From: Opitutales bacterium
GTDB taxonomy: Bacteria > Verrucomicrobiota > Verrucomicrobiia > Opitutales > UBA9783
Direction of reading: 5' to 3'
Assembly (NCBI GenBank): GCA_016286235.1
Contig: JAEESJ010000013.1
Coordinates: 1,950 to 65,949 of the forward strand
Length of the DNA: 64,000 bases
The position numbers and the translations under genes are program-made. The notes beneath the pieces are model-generated. The model saw only the letters and a list, made by a program, of their open reading frames with translations, ran no database searches and was not told the origin of the DNA. How positions within the stretch are numbered: position 1 is the stretch's first letter; each line of letters begins with the position of its first letter. Below, piece by piece: positions 50,185 to 56,181 of this stretch.

Positions 50185-50214
50185 TTGACGAACGGTGCGC
50201 TCCTGGTGTAATAT
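50185..50214 (+). promoter_or_regulatory. putative sigma70-type promoter for antitoxin A2 (implies a leaderless mRNA)
   Basis: TTGACG (50185-50190), an 18-nt spacer, then TAATAT (50209-50214). The A2 ATG is at 50221, 7 nt after the -10 element. Confidence 0.45.
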
Positions 50215-50220
50215 GGCACC

Positions 50221-50511
50221 ATGGAAGCAACACGACTGAGCATCACCTTCAGACCGAAGATTTACGATTTCATCAAGAAGTTGGCGGATGACCGTCAGGT
50301 TTCTTTCAATCAGTGCGTTCAGGACTGCCTTGAAGAAAAGATGAACCGAACGGAAGAGGAGCGGACGGCTTTTACGAGGGAAGAGCTCGATCGCATGATA
50401 AAGGAAGGAGACAAAGAATTGGCAAGAGGCGAAACAAGATCGTTCAATTCCGTTGAAGAAATGTTGAAGGCACTCCATAAGGAATGCGAACAAAAAAATG
50501 CAACAAAATGA
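50221..50511 (+). CDS. ribbon-helix-helix antitoxin (family copy A2)
   Basis: 96 aa: MEATRLSITFRPKIYDFIKK...REELDRMIKEGDKELARGETRSFNSVEEMLKAL. It aligns over its full length with A1, A3 and A4. Its stop overlaps the downstream ATG (ATGA at 50508-50511). Confidence 0.75.
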   Translation: MEATRLSITFRPKIYDFIKKLADDRQVSFNQCVQDCLEEKMNRTEEERTAFTREELDRMIKEGDKELARGETRSFNSVEEMLKALHKECEQKNATK

Positions 50512-51032
50512 CGGATGTTGATTTAACACAGGCAGAAGCGGATCGTTTGATTGTCATGGATAAATATCCGTTAAAAGCAAATGAACATCGTTGCTACACT
50601 TTCCCGAATGCAGACGGGACGCGTTTGGAAATTCCGTTTATATCATCCGATAGAAAAGAAGATTTCGTACTAAATTTTTGCCGAAGAAAAATTGTTTTGG
50701 AAAAAAGAAATCATTTACTTCGGGCAAAAAAGACTATTCTTTTGGTGAGGCTTGATGTTGCCAGTCCTCCTCATTTAAATCCCGACGGAGAAACGATTGG
50801 AGGAACGCATATTCATATCTATCGGGAAGGGTTTGGGGATCGCTGTGCATATCCCGTTCGTCCTGAGGATAATTTTTCGGATTTATCCGATCCTTTTATG
50901 ACGTTGGAAGATTTTATGCGAGAGAGTTTTTGCTTTGCGTGTTATTTCTTCACGCATAGGCTGACAAAGATTGCGTTCCTTACACTCTTGATACAGCTTC
51001 CGTATGATTTTCTTTTGTTCCTCCGTTGGTGA
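50508..51032 (+). CDS. unknown protein with HLNPDG...THIHIYREGFGD motif (candidate toxin/effector; 3' end probably non-native)
   Basis: 174 aa from the ATG at 50508. The conserved-looking core is LLVRLDVASPPHLNPDGETIGGTHIHIYREGFGDRCAYPV. From about 50925 onward the frame reads antisense through the ERF C-terminus (F/L/C-rich), so the native C-terminus is probably lost. Confidence 0.55.
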   Translation: MTDVDLTQAEADRLIVMDKYPLKANEHRCYTFPNADGTRLEIPFISSDRKEDFVLNFCRRKIVLEKRNHLLRAKKTILLVRLDVASPPHLNPDGETIGGTHIHIYREGFGDRCAYPVRPEDNFSDLSDPFMTLEDFMRESFCFACYFFTHRLTKIAFLTLLIQLPYDFLLFLRW

Positions 51033-51525
51033 ATTATCAAACCCCTGCTGTTTGTATGTTGCGGTACTCGCAGGCGTTGCGGTATAGGAAGTATTTCCCG
51101 CACCCGCATCAATTTCATCGGGCTCGCAAATATCCAACACAAGCAGGTACAAATACCGCCGCGAATACGTTTGCATCTTTCCGAACATTTGAACTTCCGT
51201 GTCGGTCTTCGGGTTCAACGTCAGCGGAATACCCGTATTAAACACGACGGCATCCTTCGGATTGTCCATATCCACCACGCGGGCACACATGCATTGGTCT
51301 TTGCGGTCTTTTTTCAAATTGAATGCTCAATCCTTCGGCGGTGAGCACCTCCCGCGCCGCTGGGATAATATCGTCCAATGTGAAGTAATCAAACTTCAGG
51401 AAACCATTGTGCCCTGACTTTTTGATATTCTTTTTCGCAAACGCAATGCGCGCACGGTTTAAACGCTTGGAAACCGTTTCGACGGGCTTCGTTGTTTCGG
51501 GAATTTCCACGGTGTTGGTTGCCAT
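50883..51525 (-). pseudogene. ERF-family single-strand annealing recombinase, frameshifted
   Basis: The N-terminal part (MATNTVEIPETT...GHNGFLKFDYFTLDDIIPAAREVLTAEGLSIQFEK) and the C-terminal part (KDRKDQCMCARVV...MQTYSRRYLYLLVLDICEPDEIDA...) are in different frames. They join at an A6 run (complement of 51309-51314). A good RBS (AGGAGG) precedes the ATG at 51525. Confidence 0.7.
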
Positions 51526-51526
51526 T

Positions 51527-51944
51527 TTAATAAGCCTCCTTTCTTGCCTTAACCGCCACAAGGGTAGGGGACGTTTCCTCCGTCATCACATACGGCTCCA
51601 ATTCTTTAAATGCCGCTGTGCCGATTTCCTTTTCAATGCTTGCAAGGGTACGCAACTTTTTCGGTTGCCACGGATCGACGCCTTTTTGTTCCAAAATATC
51701 CGCAACTGCTTCTTCGTTGACGAAAAAACCGCCGCTCCGAACCGTTGCGTAATTTAAAGCCCGTGAATTGCGTCTTGTTGTGAATGGCTCTGCAGGTTGC
51801 TTCCGCTTTCGCACGTTCAAAAAACTCTTTAATCGTATCGCCCTTTAATAAAATGTCGTTCAGCATGGTATCGGATAAGGTCGATAAAACCCTTTCCAAT
51901 GTCACGTCCGATATCGCCAGTTGTTCCGTTGCGACCGCAAGCAT
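51527..51944 (-). pseudogene. DUF2800-type (PD-(D/E)XK, Cas4-like) phage nuclease, C-terminal fragment, frameshifted
   Basis: Two overlapping ORFs (51633..51944 and 51527..51820) together read like the last ~140 aa of DUF2800 proteins (..FTGFKL.., NEEAVADILEQKGVD, ASIEKEIGTAAFKELEPYV, SPTLVAV). The N-terminal nuclease part is absent. The family call is by recall. Confidence 0.55.
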
Positions 51945-51998
51945 TCCGTCAACGGCTTTGTTCAGTTCCGTTTCGCTTATATTGAAACCTCCCTGTTT

Positions 51999-52259
51999 CT
52001 ATTTACAATTCTGACCGAATGCCGCTTCCCTTGCGAGGAAAACATGCATTTCCGAGAGCTTCTTCTGTATTTCTTCGAAACACTTCAGGTGTTCGAGCAT
52101 TTGGTCACCAAGATATTTCATTAACTTGGCATCATCGATCGCACGCTCGTGCCCTGCTTTTATTTGCCCCACAAGAGCTTCCACTTCTTGTGCCATGTTG
52201 GCGAGATTTTGATTTCCCTGTGAGGGAACCTCATTATTATTTTCATCTTGTATATTCAT
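51999..52259 (-). CDS. small helical protein, FLARE[IA]AFG family (copy 2)
   Basis: 86 aa and a paralog of 21815..22066. It heads the ERF/DUF2800 block. Confidence 0.6.
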   Translation of the reverse strand: MNIQDENNNEVPSQGNQNLANMAQEVEALVGQIKAGHERAIDDAKLMKYLGDQMLEHLKCFEEIQKKLSEMHVFLAREAAFGQNCK

Positions 52260-52303
52260 AGAAATGTTTTACCTTTTTGTTTGGAGGTTGTCTTGTACCT
52301 CCA

Positions 52304-52331
52304 GCCGCTGGATGCAACCAGCGGCTTTTTT
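52304..52331 (+). terminator. canonical stem-loop + T-run, oriented on the plus strand
   Basis: GCCGCTGG-ATGCAA-CCAGCGGC (52304-52325) followed by TTTTTT (52326-52331). It is preceded by a second hairpin, GGAGGT-TGTCTTGT-ACCTCC (52283-52302). No convincing plus-strand gene ends here. Confidence 0.5.
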
Positions 52332-52579
52332 ATTTAAATTATTTTAGTTTTCCTTTCATTTGTTTTGTTCCGTGCGTCGGGAGCGCGAGATGATTGTCCT
52401 TATTGCAAGAGTGAGACATCCTCTCAATCCCTTAAGCTTACAATCTTATTCTTGCGTATATATTTTTCCGTGTCAAGTGTTTTTTTAAAAAAAAGTTAAT
52501 TATTTTAACAAAAAATGCAACACATTGCCAGATTGAAATGTAAAGTGGAAAGCGGGGGAGAGGGGAGCAGGGGGAAAGG

Positions 52580-52918
52580 CTACTTCCTTTTAGGGAAGAA
52601 ATGATGCGCGGCGACAACAGGCAGACCGATAATGGCAAAGAATGTTGCTTTTAAGAGCGTACAGACAATCGTATCCGAAAGATAAAAGCCGTTACGGTAT
52701 TTCCCGACGAAGTACAAAATCAACCAAATCACTGCCGACCATGCCCATATCAAACGTATAATAATGCGAAAAAACTCTTTTTTTAACTTTGTATCCTGAT
52801 CGTAACGTTCGGCTTTCAGTTTTAAAAACCAATCTTGATTTTTCGAAATTTCATCCGCGGTTTCCCTGGGAAAGGATGACGTGTTTTCCAAATCGTCGAA
52901 AAAACGGCTTTCACGCAT
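52580..52918 (-). CDS. 2-TM membrane protein downstream of ImmA
   Basis: 112 aa from the ATG at 52918, overlapping the ImmA stop by 8 nt. A soluble N-terminal half is followed by two hydrophobic helices (IIIRLIWAWSAVIWLILYFV and LLKATFFAIIGLPVVAAHHFF). Confidence 0.55.
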   Translation of the reverse strand: MRESRFFDDLENTSSFPRETADEISKNQDWFLKLKAERYDQDTKLKKEFFRIIIRLIWAWSAVIWLILYFVGKYRNGFYLSDTIVCTLLKATFFAIIGLPVVAAHHFFPKRK

Positions 52919-53495
52919 ACCCAAGCGAATTGCGTCTTGCACTGAATGCGGCAAATGACACTCCCAACACTTTTGCCAATTTTTCCTCACCGGCAAACGC
53001 ATAATCCGAAAGAAGCATTTTCATTAAAAACTTTGGCATCAACAAGTTTGCCGCAAAACAGTTTGCTTCTTTTTCCCATGCCTCCTTATGGGGGCTGTTG
53101 TAAGAACTGCGAAACACTAACTGTCCATAGTCGTCTTCGTTTTTTGTGTGTCCCATAAACCAATGCCCCAATTCATGCGCGATTGTGAAACGCCTGCGTG
53201 TGTACGGATCGGCTTTATTCACACAAATAATTTTTGCTCTTGGGTTGATGTATCCCGAAATATACAAGCGGTCGGTTTTCTCTTTTGGCAAAAGCGAAAA
53301 ATCTTCCTTATAAACAGGCAAACCTTCTTCTTCGGCTATCGTAACAACATCAACAGGAGGTTCTTCAACGTGGTACTTTTCCAACAAATCCAACGCCAGT
53401 CGTTCGGCTTTATTGTAGTCAGGCTGTTGTACCGTGAATTCCGTTTCACTTGATTTCCGGTTCGAAAATACATCACCAATATGCACGGGTTCCAT
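52911..53495 (-). CDS. ImmA/IrrE-family zinc metallopeptidase
   Basis: 194 aa. HEXXH in FTIAHELGHWFMGH and a downstream EKEANCFAANLLMP, the characteristic COG2856/DUF955 pattern. Confidence 0.8.
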   Translation of the reverse strand: MEPVHIGDVFSNRKSSETEFTVQQPDYNKAERLALDLLEKYHVEEPPVDVVTIAEEEGLPVYKEDFSLLPKEKTDRLYISGYINPRAKIICVNKADPYTRRRFTIAHELGHWFMGHTKNEDDYGQLVFRSSYNSPHKEAWEKEANCFAANLLMPKFLMKMLLSDYAFAGEEKLAKVLGVSFAAFSARRNSLGYA

Positions 53496-53498
53496 AAT

Positions 53499-53759
53499 TC
53501 ATCCTTTCTTATTCGTAGTGGCTCCAACAACGAGCAAATTCAATCGTATTTCCGATGACAACAAGACCAAACGATGCTGTCCGTTGATGCGGCGCGAATA
53601 CATATGCTCATAGCCTTTTAATTTCTCGTACGGCGGTGGATTTTGGAACGGGTTTCGAATAACCAATTCCATTAACTTTTGAATGGTACACCCCAGCGAT
53701 GATTTCTCCGCCTTCTTCCAATCCTTCACGAATTGATGTGAGTATTTAACGGCAATCAT
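53499..53759 (-). pseudogene. yoeB: YoeB/Txe-family toxin, frameshifted (copy 2)
   Basis: In frame up to ..YSRRINGQHRLV. The conserved end VVIGNTIEFARCWSHYE* is in another frame, with its stop at 53509-53511. One nucleotide is missing in the expected Tyr codon of RLVY (around 53563-53564). Its start overlaps the A3 stop (ATGA). Confidence 0.75.
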
Positions 53760-54025
53760 TCGGTTTCTTCGGCAAGCGCGGCAAACATCTCTTCAGCACT
53801 CTTGAAGGATTTTCCTCTTCCGCTTCGTATATCCTCTTCCGCCTCTCGAATACTCTCATCCAGCTCTTCCTTTGAGTACGGCGTCGGATTTTCACAGGTA
53901 TCGACAGCTTCCTCAAGGTACGCTTCAACGCACTTATTGATTTGAGCAATCCCGCGACGTTCCGCTTCGGAGGAGAAAAATGCCTGCAATTTCGGCGTGA
54001 GGTTGATTTGAAGTTCCATTCGCAT
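53756..54025 (-). CDS. ribbon-helix-helix antitoxin (family copy A3)
   Basis: MRMELQINLTPKLQAFF...KEELDESIREAEEDIRSGRGKSFKSAEEMFAAL. The likely functional start is the second ATG at 54019 (MELQINL), given the promoter geometry. Confidence 0.75.
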   Translation of the reverse strand: MRMELQINLTPKLQAFFSSEAERRGIAQINKCVEAYLEEAVDTCENPTPYSKEELDESIREAEEDIRSGRGKSFKSAEEMFAALAEETE

Positions 54026-54026
54026 C

Positions 54027-54056
54027 TATTCTGCAACACATTCCCGCACCTGTCAA
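54027..54056 (-). promoter_or_regulatory. putative promoter of the A3 operon (leaderless geometry)
   Basis: On the minus strand: TTGACA (complement of 54051-54056), an 18-nt spacer, then AGAATA (complement of 54027-54032). The ATG at 54019 begins about 7-8 nt after the -10 element. Confidence 0.4.
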
Positions 54057-54079
54057 TGAACTGCCTCTAAAACAAAAAA

Positions 54080-54099
54080 GGGAAGTGTTGACACTTCCC
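54080..54099. promoter_or_regulatory. perfect 8-bp inverted repeat around a TTGACA (candidate operator)
   Basis: GGGAAGTG-TTGA-CACTTCCC, read directly. It lies in the 106-bp divergent region between the A3 operon and the wHTH gene. Confidence 0.45.
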
Positions 54100-54131
54100 C
54101 CAAAGTTTTACTCTTTGACAAAGACACCCCT

Positions 54132-54686
54132 ATGGTCACGCTATCATCCGAGACAACGAAGTCAAGCCCAAAAGGCAAGACAATTTACATGAGAGACATT
54201 CCGATTAACCTGTTCAAAGGCAGGCATCCGAGCACGTTCATCAAGTTCGTGAATTTAATCAACCGTTTAGACCGCGACGGCAAGGGCTGTTACGCCAAAG
54301 ACGAATGGTTTGCAAGGAAGTTGGAGGTATGCGCGAACACCATCACAAATTATTTCGCATGTGCAAAAGCTCTCGGTTATTGTTCGGTCATCAACAGCGA
54401 CAAACGCAATCGCCTTGTTATCGGTTACGACAGTATCAAAAAACGTATGCAACAGGAGCAGGAAAGCTCACAACAAACCGACGAAACAAAATCTTCGGCA
54501 ACCTCGACCGACAACGGAAAAGGTTGGGGATTTAATCCACAAGCCGTTGGGGGTCGTAACACTATAGAGAATGATCCAAAAAATTTAAATAAATCAGAAG
54601 AAAGAGAAAAAGAGAAAGAAGAGGTTGCTGGTATTCGCACAATGGATATTATGTCTAATCTTTATATTAAGAGAATCTTGGACTGA
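54132..54686 (+). CDS. winged-helix/HTH DNA-binding protein (phage/plasmid regulator or replication-initiator-like)
   Basis: 184 aa (an alternative ATG lies at 54189). The segment CYAKDEWFARKLEVCANTITNYFACAKALGY reads as an HTH. The C-terminus is low-complexity and acidic/polar. Confidence 0.5.
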   Translation: MVTLSSETTKSSPKGKTIYMRDIPINLFKGRHPSTFIKFVNLINRLDRDGKGCYAKDEWFARKLEVCANTITNYFACAKALGYCSVINSDKRNRLVIGYDSIKKRMQQEQESSQQTDETKSSATSTDNGKGWGFNPQAVGGRNTIENDPKNLNKSEEREKEKEEVAGIRTMDIMSNLYIKRILD

Positions 54687-54803
54687 GTATCTGAAAAACC
54701 TACTCGCCAGTGTTGTAATTAGATTGCTTTTTACCCTAAAAAATTCCATAATAGAAGTGATTGTCGTTGTCAAAATTGTCAAAAAACCTAAAAAATAAGA
54801 AAA

Positions 54804-56078
54804 TTGCACCTCAAAACTTACCTTTTCATTGCCATTTATCGGTTACTGTTCCTACCGATCTTGCTGTGTGTATTGCCGTATTACTTACTGCGTATGCGGA
54901 AACGCGGTGGGTACAGAAAACACTTTTTTAATCGTTTCGGTTGGCTGCCGAAACCTCAACAACCGTCTCCCGTGTGGATACAGGCGGTTAGCGTCGGGGA
55001 AATCGAATCATTGCGACCGCTTTTGGTTACATTGAAACAACGAAACATTCCCGTTTATTTAACGACTACAACTTCAACGGCGTTTCGGATTGTTGAAAAA
55101 AAATATGCTTCCCTGGTCGATACATTCGGTTATTTTTCGCTCGATTTTTGGGTATTTTCCGCTCTCGCTTGGCGGCGCATTCGTCCGAAAGCCGTTCTTT
55201 TGACGGAATCCGAACTGTGGCCGGAGCATCTTTTTCAGGCTAAAAAACACTCTGTTCCCGTTTATCTCATCAATGGTCGTGTTTCCGACAGAACGTTTTC
55301 GCGTTATCAACGCTTTTTGCCAATCGCACGCATACTGTTCGGTTTTCTTACAAAGATCTTTGCCGCAAGTCATGCCGATGCGGAGCGCTTCCGGGCGTTA
55401 TGTCCGAAGGATATTCCGATTATCCAGGCGGGAAATTTAAAAATCGATGCCGCTGTCAAATCTGGCGCGAGTGTTTCCGTTATTTCGCGAAAAGAATTAG
55501 GTGCTCAATGGCACAACGCAACTGTTTTACTGGGAACTTCCACCTGGTCGGGCGAAGAAAAAATGTTGGTTGAATTCTTTTTAAAAGCACGAAAAGAATT
55601 TCCGCAGTTGAGGCTTATTTTGGTTCCGCGCCATGTCGAACGCACACACGAAGTTAAAACCTTACTGCAAACCTACCCTGTTACGTTTTGCCTGCGAACA
55701 CAACCGACTCAAAATGTCGATATTTATGTCGTCAATACCACGGGTGAATTGCGTTCCTTCCTCCCGACGGCTGATTTGGTTTTTATCGGCAAAAGCTTTT
55801 CGCCGCATTACGGCGGGCAAACCCCCATCGAAGCGGCAGTTTTCGGGAAACCAATGGTGTATGGTTCTCATATGGAAAATTTCGTCGATATTTGTGCCGA
55901 ATTCGAACACCTGCACGCGGCGGTTCGTTGTGCCGATGTCGAACATTTGGAACAACAATTGTTATTTTGGTTAAAGCATCCGGAAAATGCCGTTTCCTGC
56001 GGTCAGGCGGCTCGGCAATGGATTCACGCTCATCAGGGAGCCGTGAAAGCCGTTATGGATGATTTGTTCCCTCAATAA
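54804..56078 (+). CDS. waaA: 3-deoxy-D-manno-octulosonic acid transferase
   Basis: 424 aa with a TTG start. An N-terminal TM, then VWIQAVSVGEIESLRPL (the WaaA signature) and a GT-B C-terminal half. Confidence 0.88.
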   Translation: MHLKTYLFIAIYRLLFLPILLCVLPYYLLRMRKRGGYRKHFFNRFGWLPKPQQPSPVWIQAVSVGEIESLRPLLVTLKQRNIPVYLTTTTSTAFRIVEKKYASLVDTFGYFSLDFWVFSALAWRRIRPKAVLLTESELWPEHLFQAKKHSVPVYLINGRVSDRTFSRYQRFLPIARILFGFLTKIFAASHADAERFRALCPKDIPIIQAGNLKIDAAVKSGASVSVISRKELGAQWHNATVLLGTSTWSGEEKMLVEFFLKARKEFPQLRLILVPRHVERTHEVKTLLQTYPVTFCLRTQPTQNVDIYVVNTTGELRSFLPTADLVFIGKSFSPHYGGQTPIEAAVFGKPMVYGSHMENFVDICAEFEHLHAAVRCADVEHLEQQLLFWLKHPENAVSCGQAARQWIHAHQGAVKAVMDDLFPQ

Positions 56079-56181
56079 ACAGATAACATACTAGAGAAGA
56101 ACGCTGATAAAGCCGAACGAATGAGTTTCTTGTACGCATTCGTTCGGCACATGAAAAGAGTTGCACTCTTTTTTCCGTGTT

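Larger units (their letters stand above)
46982..54686. mobile_element. decayed prophage / mobile-element remnant with TA and ImmA cargo
   Basis: It contains only the nuclease half of a terminase, a frameshifted ERF, a truncated DUF2800-type nuclease, unknown phage-like small genes, two RHH-antitoxin modules, an ImmA/IrrE protease and a wHTH protein. No integrase or att repeats were found. It is flanked by the envelope genes capD-like and waaA. Confidence 0.6.

Noticed and set aside
52546-52579. G-rich tract (GGGGGAGAGGGGAGCAGGGGG) as a possible G-quadruplex
   Set aside because: There are only three runs of three or more G. The fourth is GG. It therefore does not meet the canonical four-tract G4 pattern.
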